Shown here: in pieces, positions 26,102 to 34,431 of the stretch | How the letters are laid out: each line of letters begins with the position of its first letter | Position numbering within the stretch: the first letter of the stretch is position 1 | Assembly: GCA_015063795.1 (NCBI GenBank) | Contig: SVTL01000015.1 | Span: forward strand, 1-53,125 | Direction: 5' to 3' | Length of the DNA stretch: 53,125 nucleotides | Source of the DNA: Oscillospiraceae bacterium | GTDB lineage: Bacteria > Bacillota > Clostridia > Oscillospirales > CAG-272 | Translations under genes and position numbers: made by a program | The notes under the pieces: model-generated | Database searches by the model: none | Told to the model about the DNA's origin: nothing | What the model saw: only the letters and a program-made list of their open reading frames with translations

Positions 26102-28605
26102 TGCAGCTTCAGCTCCTCATGTATTTCAACAGGATCGAAAACGATACAACCGTTAGCAACCTGAAAATCGATGTTTTCTCCGTCAACGGTAACATTTGTG
26201 ATCTGATCGGCGCCGGGTATGGCAATGGAATTCAATACCAAAGCCTTGCCAAAGACAGAAAGAATACACCGCTTCTCATAAAACGCAACACGCCCCCAAC
26301 TGTCACAAGCACTGAACAGATATGTTCCGCTGTTTTGAACAGGAGAAAAGCCGATATGCTTCTTCGTCATATCAAAGTGAAAGCCGCTGTATATGGGCAT
26401 CAAAGCATACGATGCCATCGAACGCGCATAATTGCTTCCGCATTCGATCTCATTCCAAGGATTTCGCTTTTCCCCGTCATACCGATCACGAACCGCTTTG
26501 ACGATGGTTTCGCCCTCGTCAACATAACCATGAGATATCATAAGCCCTGCAAGAGCATATTCAAAGCCTGTCATCGTTTCCTCACAGTAAGGGATCGGTA
26601 TCGCAGGGACCTTGGCACCTTCAGGATATGAGCAGATGATCGTTCCCGCCTCATCGTTCAGCGAGAAATTGCGCCACAGGTTTACAACGTTTCGCATGGA
26701 GGGCTTATAGTTGTTTTGATAAAGATTTTCAAGCGCGTTTTTTTTCTTTTCAAGATCAAAAACACCTTTTCGGCCAATCAGCACAGCATGCCAATCCGCC
26801 AGCATTTGGTCGATCATACAGCCGTCCGCAATCTGGTATTTGATCTCCTTTGCTTCTTCGTTCCAATATTTCTGAACGGCATCATAGCGTTCAAGAATGG
26901 ATTTGTCCGAAAGATCAATGAATTGATGGAAATATCTTCCATTGAAAAGATGCTCGTTCATAAATGCTTTGCCTTTTTCATAAAGCGTTGCGTAAAGGCT
27001 TGCCCGCTTTTCATCGCCAAGAGACCTTGCCATATCGGCACCGCAATCGAGCGCAAGCAGATAAAAGCCCTGAAGCCACGAGCTCGGTCCGAAAAGTTCC
27101 ATATCGAGCGTGTGATGCTGACGTCCCTCGAGAACGCCATCCATATCCGCATCCCACTTATCCGGATTTTCCTCTGACCACGCGTATTCAAGCATTTTGA
27201 AAATGCTCTCTGAATGCTTTTTCAGCCATTCGTTATCGCCTGAAAATTTCCATTCCCGATAGCACTTCAAAACCTCTCCCATCTGTCCGTCTACACAGGC
27301 GCGCTCCGTATACATCTCTCTTTTCAAGGGAAGATTGATGCGGAAGCTCGTAGCACCGCTGTCAAGAAGCGCATACTTCAGCGTATTTTCACGGATGGAA
27401 CGTTCAAGCCTTGGGAACAGATACGGCAGTGCATACGCATAATTCCAAACATGCTGACAGGTCCCGGAGCAGGAGCCGATGGTTTCACCGCAACCCTCCC
27501 ACCCCCAAAACGAGCCATCCTCAAGCCTGAGCACGGTAGGGGACTTGAGAACCGAAAGGTTTGCCGAGATCGCATCCTTGACCGATGCGGGAAGTGTGCA
27601 GGATTGTAAGGTTTTCGCAAACAACTCGGTTTTCCCGCCGAGCCAATCAAAATGTTTAAGCGCATACATGGCTGTCTCAAAGGAAGTTTGAAACTGTGTT
27701 GCGTAATAATTTCGCCACGTGGTACATTCCTCGTTACGCGGCTTCCAGTAGTTATAAGCAACCGGGACATTCCAAGCAATCACAAAACAAACCTTCGCTT
27801 TCGCGCCGGCAGGTATATTCACATACGAAACAACGGTGCCATGATCTCTCTTTGACGGCTCTGAATACCTTCTTTCCGGCATACGGTCTAAGCCGGAAAA
27901 CTGTTTCCAATAGGTGGTACAGCCGTCCATCCAGCCCCCTCTGTACCAATATTCCTGAGCAGAGCTGTCCTTATGATCGGTAAGAACACAAAGATCGAAA
28001 TATCCTTTTTCTTTATCATTCAAGTCGGCGCTTTTTAAGAAAATGCCGCTTACATCCCCCTCTTTTATGGCTTTGTTCAAAGAAGAGGCAGCAGGATTGC
28101 ATACCGTGCAGGCAAGCGAAAAGCGTATGGGTTCATCGGTTATGTTTTCTATTTCCCATTCAAAAAATGCCGACGGAAGACTTGAATGAAAGTCATCATG
28201 CGGTATCAGCGGATTAAAGGCACAAAGGCGTACAACGGCCGGGAAATCCTCGTCGGTGAACGAGAGCTTCGCTATCGGGAAACTGCCGTCAAAGGTCACG
28301 TTTTTGAAATGCGGAAGCCCGGCAAGCGAGTTTGCGCGCGGACCGTAACCAAATCCAACATGGCTACGGCTTAAGCACGGTATGCCCATGAGGTTTTCGA
28401 CAGTATCGCCGTGTAAAACTTTAGCAATATTCTTATTTGAATAGGAGGCCTTAATGGCGAAATGAGAGTATCCGTTTCGCGTGCATTTGCTTGGACGGTT
28501 AAAGATTTCCCAATCCTTCAACTCTCCGTTTCCTGCAAGACCAATGCAGCCTGTTCCAATGCCTCCGAGAGGAAAAGAAATGTTTTTTTTGCCTTGATAG
28601 ATCAT
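26098..28605 (-). CDS. Glycoside hydrolase family 116 (GBA2-type beta-glucosidase/glucosylceramidase-like), 835 aa
   Basis: N-terminal FPLGGIGTGCIGL motif and overall length typical of GH116. Start MIYQG with SD GGAGG. The 51-aa upstream track extension has no SD. Confidence 0.85.
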   Translation of the reverse strand: MIYQGKKNISFPLGGIGTGCIGLAGNGELKDWEIFNRPSKCTRNGYSHFAIKASYSNKNIAKVLHGDTVENLMGIPCLSRSHVGFGYGPRANSLAGLPHFKNVTFDGSFPIAKLSFTDEDFPAVVRLCAFNPLIPHDDFHSSLPSAFFEWEIENITDEPIRFSLACTVCNPAASSLNKAIKEGDVSGIFLKSADLNDKEKGYFDLCVLTDHKDSSAQEYWYRGGWMDGCTTYWKQFSGLDRMPERRYSEPSKRDHGTVVSYVNIPAGAKAKVCFVIAWNVPVAYNYWKPRNEECTTWRNYYATQFQTSFETAMYALKHFDWLGGKTELFAKTLQSCTLPASVKDAISANLSVLKSPTVLRLEDGSFWGWEGCGETIGSCSGTCQHVWNYAYALPYLFPRLERSIRENTLKYALLDSGATSFRINLPLKREMYTERACVDGQMGEVLKCYREWKFSGDNEWLKKHSESIFKMLEYAWSEENPDKWDADMDGVLEGRQHHTLDMELFGPSSWLQGFYLLALDCGADMARSLGDEKRASLYATLYEKGKAFMNEHLFNGRYFHQFIDLSDKSILERYDAVQKYWNEEAKEIKYQIADGCMIDQMLADWHAVLIGRKGVFDLEKKKNALENLYQNNYKPSMRNVVNLWRNFSLNDEAGTIICSYPEGAKVPAIPIPYCEETMTGFEYALAGLMISHGYVDEGETIVKAVRDRYDGEKRNPWNEIECGSNYARSMASYALMPIYSGFHFDMTKKHIGFSPVQNSGTYLFSACDSWGRVAFYEKRCILSVFGKALVLNSIAIPGADQITNVTVDGENIDFQVANGCIVFDPVEIHEELKLQ

Positions 28606-28647
28606 AACTGCCTCCAAAAAAAGATTCTTCGCCTTTATTTTATAATA

Positions 28648-28687
28648 AAAAAAACGCCGTGTCCACTTACACGGCATAATTTTTTTG
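28648..28687. terminator. Bidirectional hairpin terminator (A-run, gccgtg/cacggc, T-run)
   Basis: AAAAAAAA, hairpin gccgtgtccacttacacggc, then TTTTTTT. Confidence 0.6.
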
Positions 28688-28825
28688 AAAAACCATCGAT
28701 TGAACAAACCATGTATCGTTGCGCATATAATCCACTGTCTTCGGATGGATTGTATCATAAAAGCTCAATGTTTACACATAAAAATGAAGCACACGCTGCT
28801 CTCGCAGGAAGCGAAACGATTTTTT

Positions 28826-28943
28826 GCTCTTCTCTTTTCTCAAAAAACGACAATTTGAGAGAAGAGAGAAAATCGAAAAAGTGAAAAGAGAAAAGAACAA
28901 AAAGAAACGACAATCTTCAATTGAAAATTGTCGTTTCTTTTGG
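28826..28943. repeat. Structured direct repeat, copy 1: CT-tract, aacgacaattt, GA-tract, then a perfect 11-bp hairpin gaaacgacaat/attgtcgtttc and a T-run
   Basis: About 85 % identical to copy 2 at 29753-29889. The hairpin at 28904-28937 plus TTTT acts as the terminator of the upstream minus-strand mini-operon. Confidence 0.8.
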
Positions 28944-29006
28944 CTGTGGGCTACGAAAAAGACATTTTCGGCATTTTTGCGTATGACTTCGAACTCTCAC
29001 CGTTCA

Positions 29007-29336
29007 TTAGTTAGTATTTTTGCTGTTGTTAATATGGTTTCCATTTTTATCCCTATTTATAGGAACGGCGGTAAGGGAAAATTGCATGCAATGGCACGGA
29101 CAAGGAATTTCTATTTTATATTTATCTTTTGCACCTCTGTATGTAAAATCGCCGCCACATCTAACCACCTCACACCAAGTATAAATTTCCGCCATAGCTC
29201 GAGGGCAGAAACTTTGAGGCGTTTCGTATTCAAAATGAAAAACGTCTCCCTTTTCTAATCCAAGTCTGCAATTCTTTGCCTCTCCTTCAATTACTTCTAC
29301 ATCAAAAGCCCAATCTTCAACAATCCATTTGTTCAT
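29007..29336 (-). CDS. Small Cys-rich protein, TIGR04076-like (109 aa)
   Basis: Conserved-looking FCPRAMAEIY...GGDF...IPCPCHC Cys pattern. Overlaps the upstream gene by 4 nt (ATGA). The family assignment is from memory only. Confidence 0.5.
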   Translation of the reverse strand: MNKWIVEDWAFDVEVIEGEAKNCRLGLEKGDVFHFEYETPQSFCPRAMAEIYTWCEVVRCGGDFTYRGAKDKYKIEIPCPCHCMQFSLTAVPINRDKNGNHINNSKNTN

Positions 29337-29683
29337 TTGCCGTTCTCCTTTGCAGTATTCAAGGATGCAACAAGCATTCTCTTGATTTCTTCAGCAAGCG
29401 AGAGTAAGCTATCAAAATTATAATTCATAAGCTTTGTGTTTTTAAGAAGTTTCAACCAATAAATACTTTCTCCTGTTTCCTTAAGTGAAATATGAAGCTT
29501 TGATATAAAATCCGCTTTGCTGTTACCGTAAACTGCTTCGTTTATGTTTGCACCTATGCTTGTTGCAGAGCGAAGTAATTGTTTGGCGATAGTTGTATCT
29601 TTTTTTGATTTGGAAAACTCTTCATAAAACAATACGATTTATGTTGCAAAATCGAGAGATTTATCGAGCAAAGGACTGTTCAT
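29333..29683 (-). pseudogene. Four-helix-bundle (23S rRNA IVS / Avd-like) protein gene with an in-frame TAA at codon 15
   Basis: ATG at 29683 with SD GAGGTG. It reads MNSPLLDKSLDFAT-TAA-IVLFYEEFSKSKKDTTIAKQLLRSATSIGANINEA in one continuous frame, with the stop at 29639-29641. This matches the family consensus ...DKSFDFALRIIKLY...LSKQLLRSGTSIGANI. Confidence 0.6.
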
Positions 29684-29703
29684 TCGTCATCACCTCTGAT
29701 TGA

Positions 29704-29732
29704 ATTATACCACAAATTATTATATAATTCAA
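29704..29732 (-). promoter_or_regulatory. Promoter TTGAAT-17-TATAAT for the four-helix-bundle/TIGR04076 mini-operon
   Basis: Read on the minus strand, about 20 nt upstream of the SD. A 7-bp inverted repeat gctttgc-gaa-gcaaagc lies immediately upstream. Confidence 0.55.
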
Positions 29733-29752
29733 CGCTTTGCGAAGCAAAGCTA

Positions 29753-29889
29753 CCTTTTCTCTTCTCTTTTCTCTCTTATCTTTTCTCTGGAAACGACAAT
29801 TTGAGAGAAGAGAGAAAAGTGAAAAGATAAAAGTGAAGAGACCAAAAAGAAACGACAATCTTCTGTCGAAAATTGTCGTTTCTTTTTGG
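29753..29889. repeat. Structured direct repeat, copy 2, immediately 3' of tRNA-Ser; its hairpin and T-run is the tRNA terminator
   Basis: CT-tract, aacgacaattt, GA-tract, then hairpin gaaacgacaat-cttctgtcgaaa-attgtcgtttc at 29849-29882, flanked by an A-run and a T-run. Adjoins the tRNA 3' end. Confidence 0.8.
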
Positions 29890-29977
29890 CGGAGAAGGAG
29901 AGATTCGAACTCTCGCGCCGCTTTCGCGACCTACGCCCTTAGCAGGGGCGCCTCTTCACCAACTTGAGTACTTCTCC
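29887..29977 (-). tRNA. tRNA-Ser (anticodon GCT), class II, CCA encoded
   Basis: Minus strand reads GGAGAAG-TA-CTC-AAGTTGGTGAA-GAG-G-CGCCC-CTGCTAA-GGGCG-[19-nt variable arm]-GAGAG-TTCGAAT-CTCTC-CTTCTCC-G-CCA. Perfect 7-bp acceptor stem. 91 nt. Confidence 0.9.
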
Positions 29978-30016
29978 TTGGTGACGATCCGATCGTCTAT
30001 TCCATTCAGCCTGTAC

Positions 30017-30044
30017 AGTATATCACAAATCCCTGCGTTTTGCA
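30017..30044 (-). promoter_or_regulatory. Promoter TTGCAA-17-TATACT for tRNA-Ser
   Basis: On the minus strand. The -10 box ends about 35 nt before the tRNA 5' end. Confidence 0.55.
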
Positions 30045-30084
30045 ATAGGACAATTATGAATAATATGTTAATATTGAAGAAGAG

Positions 30085-30130
30085 GCGGCCTTACAAAACA
30101 AGATCGGCAAGGAACCGATGTAGCTCCCTG
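30085..30130 (-). terminator. Terminator downstream of hprK (minus strand)
   Basis: Minus strand reads gatcggcaggga...tccttgccgatc followed by ttgttttgt. Confidence 0.5.
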
Positions 30131-30166
30131 CCGATCGATCGTTTCTTTTTCAGCGCCGATTCGCCC

Positions 30167-31096
30167 TTACTGGTTCTGCATCATCTGCTCCATGATGCGC
30201 TTGTTGAACTCCTCGGCGGTGTCATACCCCATCTTCTTCTGACGGTGGTTCATCGCAGCGATCTCCAAAATCACGGCCAGGTTACGGCCGGGCTTAACGG
30301 GGATGGTCAGCGTGGGCACATTGATGCCCATGATGTCGGTATACTCACGGTCGAGGCCGAAGCGGTCATACATCTTGCCCTGAACCCAGTTTTCCAGGTT
30401 GATGATCAGGTCGATCTTCTCGGTCTCCTTGACCGCACCCATACCGAAGATGCGTCCCACATCCACCACGCCGATGCCGCGCAGCTCCACATAATGCCGT
30501 ATGATCTCGGGCGCGGAGCCGACCAGCGTTTTGGCCGACACCTTTTTGATCACGACCGCATCGTCGGCGATCAGACGGTGGCCGCGCTTGACCAGCTCGA
30601 TGGCGGTTTCACTCTTACCCACGCCACTGTCGCCGAGGATCAGGATACCCTCGCCGTAGACCTCCACCAGCACGCCGTGACGGGTGATGCAGGGCGCCAG
30701 GCTCAGATTCAGCGAAGCGATCAATGCGCTCATAAACTCCGACGTATACCGAGGCGTGCGGAGAAGCGGTACACCGAAGCGGGCGGACAGCTCCTTCATA
30801 TCGGGAAAGATTTCCAGATTGTTGGTCACCACCAGAGCGGGAAAGCGGTGGGACAAAAACTGGGAGAGACGGGAATGGCGGGTTGCCATATCGATCTGCG
30901 TGAGATACTCATGCTCGGCATTGCCGATGATCTGAATGCGCGAGGAATCAAAATAATCAAAAAAGCCGGTGAGAGCCAGACCTGAACGGTTGACCTCGGC
31001 GGAATGAACCAGATGCTCGCCCTCGGTCATGGAGATGACCTCCAGCTGAAATTCTTCCACCAATGTATTGACAGCAACGGAACTTTTTTCTTCCAT
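30167..31096 (-). CDS. hprK: HPr kinase/phosphorylase
   Basis: Walker A GDSGVGKSE. Strong similarity to the Bacillus HprK layout. Start MEEKSS chosen by alignment. Alternative starts at 31108 (ATG) and 31120 (GTG). Confidence 0.9.
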   Translation of the reverse strand: MEEKSSVAVNTLVEEFQLEVISMTEGEHLVHSAEVNRSGLALTGFFDYFDSSRIQIIGNAEHEYLTQIDMATRHSRLSQFLSHRFPALVVTNNLEIFPDMKELSARFGVPLLRTPRYTSEFMSALIASLNLSLAPCITRHGVLVEVYGEGILILGDSGVGKSETAIELVKRGHRLIADDAVVIKKVSAKTLVGSAPEIIRHYVELRGIGVVDVGRIFGMGAVKETEKIDLIINLENWVQGKMYDRFGLDREYTDIMGINVPTLTIPVKPGRNLAVILEIAAMNHRQKKMGYDTAEEFNKRIMEQMMQNQ

Positions 31097-31147
31097 AAAA
31101 ATGTCCATCCTTTCTTTCACGAACGATTGTGCGTCAGGGGAGCACCC

Positions 31148-32422
31148 TTACGCCTTCGGCATGCGGATCTTCTGCACAACCCCCACGCCGATCATGACCA
31201 GCGATACGACAACAAAGAAGCTGAGCACACCCATCATCAAAAGCAGCTGCTCATCCCTCGGCTTTGCCATCTCGGTCGATGCAGAGGGGATCTGCATCTC
31301 ATCCGGCAGAATACCGTCTTCGATGGGCTCCTCCTCGATCACAGGCGGAACAAAGGCAAGCGGCATTTTGATCTCGGTAAATTCCAGGATCTTGGGATAG
31401 ATGATCTCGCAAAGATCGATCTTGCAGCGGGTGATGTTCAGAGTTGAACGGCTGGGAAGATGGTTTTCATATCCATCATAGATCTCCGTGATCTCGATGC
31501 AATCGGTGAAATCGCCGTCAAGGATGGTCATATTGACCGTGGCATTGGTGTTTCGATAACCGCCGTTGCCGCAGCCGTAAATACCGCCGAGGAAACGGCC
31601 GCCGCTGATGGTGATCGTGGTGCTGCCCGTGGTGGGCGTATTGCGCTCCGCCGATGTTCCGATCACATCGCCGTAAAACGTGCCGCCCTCAATGGTCAGC
31701 AGGGTGTTGCCCACGTGCGGGTAATTGATGCCGATGCCCACATTGGCACCCGACACCGTTCCGAATTCGCCGGCACCCTTGCGGAAGATCAGCTCGGAAT
31801 TGCGCTCGGCCGTTTTATACCGGTTGCCCGCCGCCACGCTGAGATAATAAGCGGCGTCTCCCTCATTCTCCGGATCGGCCGGACGGCTGGTGACACCGGA
31901 ACCGATGATCGTCCGCTCATAGCCGCCGCAGAGATAGCGGTTCTCCCCCTCCATGATGAAGGTGATGTTTTCCCACGTGGTCTCGCCCTTGGCAACGATG
32001 TGGGCGATGCCGTCAACGGTGATGGCCGCGTTGTTGGTCTTGCGGTAATCGACACCACCGTAAACGCTGGTGAAGGTGATGCGGTAATCGCCGTTGCTGG
32101 CCAGAAAACAGTCCTTGGTATGCGAGCTGCTTCCCTTTGCACAATGGACATCGATTCGGACAGGACCGCAGACCACAACGCGTCCACCGGTTTTTCTCAG
32201 AAGATCGGTGACCTGATAGAGCAGGCTGTTTTTGTGATTGTCCGAGCCGCGGTCGGCGATGACAACACCCATCGCGTTTTCGGCGCTGGAGCCGTCACGC
32301 TTGCCCGCTCCCTCATCGGAGACAAACACAACCGTTTCCGCAGCCGATATGGGAATGGCCGCAGCAAAAGAGGCGGCGATCAAAACGGTCAAAAGCAAAG
32401 CGAAAAGCGTTGTTTTCTTCAT
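31148..32422 (-). CDS. Secreted beta-helix-like surface protein with a C-terminal TM anchor (424 aa)
   Basis: Signal peptide MKKTTLFALLLTVLIAASFAAAIPISAAE after SD AGAGAGGA. Gly-rich repeats (GGTFYG, GGRFLGGIYGCGNGG). C-terminal hydrophobic helix followed by KIRMPKA. Confidence 0.7.
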   Translation of the reverse strand: MKKTTLFALLLTVLIAASFAAAIPISAAETVVFVSDEGAGKRDGSSAENAMGVVIADRGSDNHKNSLLYQVTDLLRKTGGRVVVCGPVRIDVHCAKGSSSHTKDCFLASNGDYRITFTSVYGGVDYRKTNNAAITVDGIAHIVAKGETTWENITFIMEGENRYLCGGYERTIIGSGVTSRPADPENEGDAAYYLSVAAGNRYKTAERNSELIFRKGAGEFGTVSGANVGIGINYPHVGNTLLTIEGGTFYGDVIGTSAERNTPTTGSTTITISGGRFLGGIYGCGNGGYRNTNATVNMTILDGDFTDCIEITEIYDGYENHLPSRSTLNITRCKIDLCEIIYPKILEFTEIKMPLAFVPPVIEEEPIEDGILPDEMQIPSASTEMAKPRDEQLLLMMGVLSFFVVVSLVMIGVGVVQKIRMPKA

Positions 32423-32464
32423 GTGTCTGTGTCCTCTCTGTTTCTTGCATAAAAACGTTGATAT

Positions 32465-32489
32465 AAGCCGATGCAGTCGGCTTTTTTTC
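32465..32489 (+). terminator. Orphan plus-oriented terminator-like hairpin inside a divergent promoter region
   Basis: Hairpin aagccga-tgca-gtcggctt followed by TTTTTTT. No plus-strand gene lies upstream of it. Confidence 0.4.
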
Positions 32490-32671
32490 ATTGTATCAAA
32501 TTTTACAAAAAAATGCAATCGGTCCGCGCTATTTTTTTGAATTTTTCCGACAAAAAGCCGTTTTCCCAAAAGCGTACCCATTCTTCGCATCAGAATTTTA
32601 TGCAAAAATGTATAAAACCTTTACCCAAGGCAAAAATAGTATTGCAATCTCAAAGAAAGGTACGGATCATT

Positions 32672-33430
32672 ATGAATTCGAATTCAAAAAAGAGCGGTTG
32701 GCTCCTCTATGGGATGCTGACGCTCATCGTCGCCGCCATCCTTGTCATCACGCTCCTGCCCTTCATCGGCAGCCGGCGGAATGATAAAAACAAAAAGCCG
32801 GAGGAAAGCACGTCCGTTCCCGAGCAGACCGAGGAAACCGAGACGGCCGCATCCCCTGAAAGCGAGGCAGACAAGCCGTCGGCCAGCACCGATGTGCAGA
32901 CAACGCCCGACGACTCGGAAAGCACCGCCCCTGCCGAGAGCAGTCACTCCCCCGCCTCCTCCTCGGGACTTATCCGCATCGCCCGTCCCGCCGAGGGCTA
33001 CCTGCTGAAGGGATTTGATGCAGAGATGCCGGTTTATTCGCTGACCATGAACGACTACCGCGTACATCTCGGCATTGACGTCGGGGCTAGCATCGGGGAC
33101 GCGGTCTGCGCCTTTGCCGACGGCAGCATCCTCCACGTTTACGACGATCCCATGAACGGGCGCGCGGTCACCATCGACCATGGAAACGGGCTTATGTCTC
33201 ACTACTTCAACCTGGCAAATGATCTGCCTGAGGATGTGTATGAGGGCGCGCTGGTCCATTGCGGTCAGATCATCGGCGCTGTGGGCGATACGACACTGGT
33301 GGAGCTGTCCGACGAGCCTCACCTCCACTTCGAGCTGACCGAAAACGGCGCTTACGTTGATCCGATGCGCTATCTCAGCTACGAAACGCAGGCCTCCGCC
33401 GAGGTCATCTCCCGCTCCTACGAGGGCTGA
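32672..33430 (+). CDS. M23-family (LytM-domain) peptidase with an N-terminal TM segment and a Ser/Thr/Glu-rich linker
   Basis: HLGIDV...DHGNG...HLHFE LytM motifs. Start MNSNSKK with SD AAAGG. The upstream 67 aa of the track ORF is unsupported. Confidence 0.8.
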   Translation: MNSNSKKSGWLLYGMLTLIVAAILVITLLPFIGSRRNDKNKKPEESTSVPEQTEETETAASPESEADKPSASTDVQTTPDDSESTAPAESSHSPASSSGLIRIARPAEGYLLKGFDAEMPVYSLTMNDYRVHLGIDVGASIGDAVCAFADGSILHVYDDPMNGRAVTIDHGNGLMSHYFNLANDLPEDVYEGALVHCGQIIGAVGDTTLVELSDEPHLHFELTENGAYVDPMRYLSYETQASAEVISRSYEG

Positions 33431-33439
33431 AAGCAGAAA

Positions 33440-33482
33440 GAGAGAACAAACGCAGTCAAGTCTGTTCTCTCTTTTTTGTTTT
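33440..33482. terminator. Bidirectional terminator between M23 peptidase (+) and GDPD (-)
   Basis: Hairpin gagagaaca...tgttctctc followed by TTTTTTGTTTTTT, preceded by an A-rich run. Confidence 0.7.
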
Positions 33483-33493
33483 TTGTGAAAGAT

Positions 33494-34369
33494 TCAAAAA
33501 TTCTGTTTTCCCTTCCCTTGAGCCTTATATCTTTTTCCGGTCTCGTTCAGGTAACGGCACATGGCAAGCGTCCAATCGGTCTGAAGGATGTCGTAGCCGC
33601 GGTCAGCCAGCCAACCCCAGCCATAGTCGGGAGAAACGGTGAAGGCTGTATCATCGGAATGTCCGGCAGACAGCTGAGAGCGATAGTGATAGATAATGGC
33701 GTTTGCCCAAACAAGCTTATTGTCCGCATGAAGCTTATCGATAAAGTCAACCGAACCAACGCCTGTGGTCTCGTCGGTGAACACGACTTCGCAACCGATA
33801 TAATGGATCTTACGGCGCATCATGCTCTCGTGGATGCCGTCATCGGTCTTCACGATGGGCATATAATTGACCTCGGGAGCATACTCCTCGATGAGATCGA
33901 CAATCTCCTTCTTCGGCGAGGACTTGACAACGATCTGATCAAGCATTCCGTGCGCCCGGATCGCATCCGAAATCTCGCGCGGATGATCCCAGAACTTATC
34001 CACATTGATGTAACATCTGCCCTTGAAGGCATCCAACACCTCGTCAAAGGTGCAAAGACCGAATTGGGTGTACTCCCGATCCACGTTGACATAACGCAGC
34101 TTGCGGATCTCCTCGTCCGTGAGCTGAGGAATGAACATTTTCCCCTCGGTGCCAAGGTAATTGAGATGGTTGTACTCCATCTTGGGATGAAAGATCCAAA
34201 GGGTACCGTCAGCACTCTTGTTGAGGTCGACCTCGATCATATCGGCACCGTGGCGGACAGCGATCTCATAAGCCGCCAAGGTGTTGCAAGGGATGTTTCC
34301 TCCGCATTCGCCACGGTGTGCAGCAACAATAATACGTTCAGCGGCATCCTTCATCAAATCAAAGACCAT
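33494..34369 (-). CDS. Glycerophosphodiester phosphodiesterase (GDPD) family protein
   Basis: HRG...E...D...DG..W.FHP catalytic motifs. Start MVFDLMK with SD AGGAG. Confidence 0.8.
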   Translation of the reverse strand: MVFDLMKDAAERIIVAAHRGECGGNIPCNTLAAYEIAVRHGADMIEVDLNKSADGTLWIFHPKMEYNHLNYLGTEGKMFIPQLTDEEIRKLRYVNVDREYTQFGLCTFDEVLDAFKGRCYINVDKFWDHPREISDAIRAHGMLDQIVVKSSPKKEIVDLIEEYAPEVNYMPIVKTDDGIHESMMRRKIHYIGCEVVFTDETTGVGSVDFIDKLHADNKLVWANAIIYHYRSQLSAGHSDDTAFTVSPDYGWGWLADRGYDILQTDWTLAMCRYLNETGKRYKAQGKGKQNF

Positions 34370-34431
34370 GCGTTTTCTCCTGTTCTGCTTCTGCCGTTTG
34401 AATGCTTCCGCCCAAAAGGCAGTTTTTTGTT

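Noticed and set aside
28815-29890. CRISPR-like array suggested by the repeated CT/GA-rich units
   Set aside because: There are only two copies about 930 bp apart, separated by genes and not by spacers. The repeats are 85 % identical and about 120 bp long, which does not fit CRISPR geometry. No cas genes are present.
23291-29900. Apparent preference of cassette genes for a GAGGTG Shine-Dalgarno versus AGGAGG in core genes, as evidence of foreign origin
   Set aside because: The sample is small (4-5 genes). GAGGTG is a common SD variant in Firmicutes and several core genes were not checked. It is mentioned as supporting context only.
25086-30166. Integrase or att-site pair for the tRNA-Ser island
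   Set aside because: No tyrosine or serine recombinase ORF exists in the interval. No direct repeat of the tRNA 3' end was found at the distal boundary near 25.1 kb. The island call therefore rests on GC shift, the tRNA anchor and the truncated flanking gene only.
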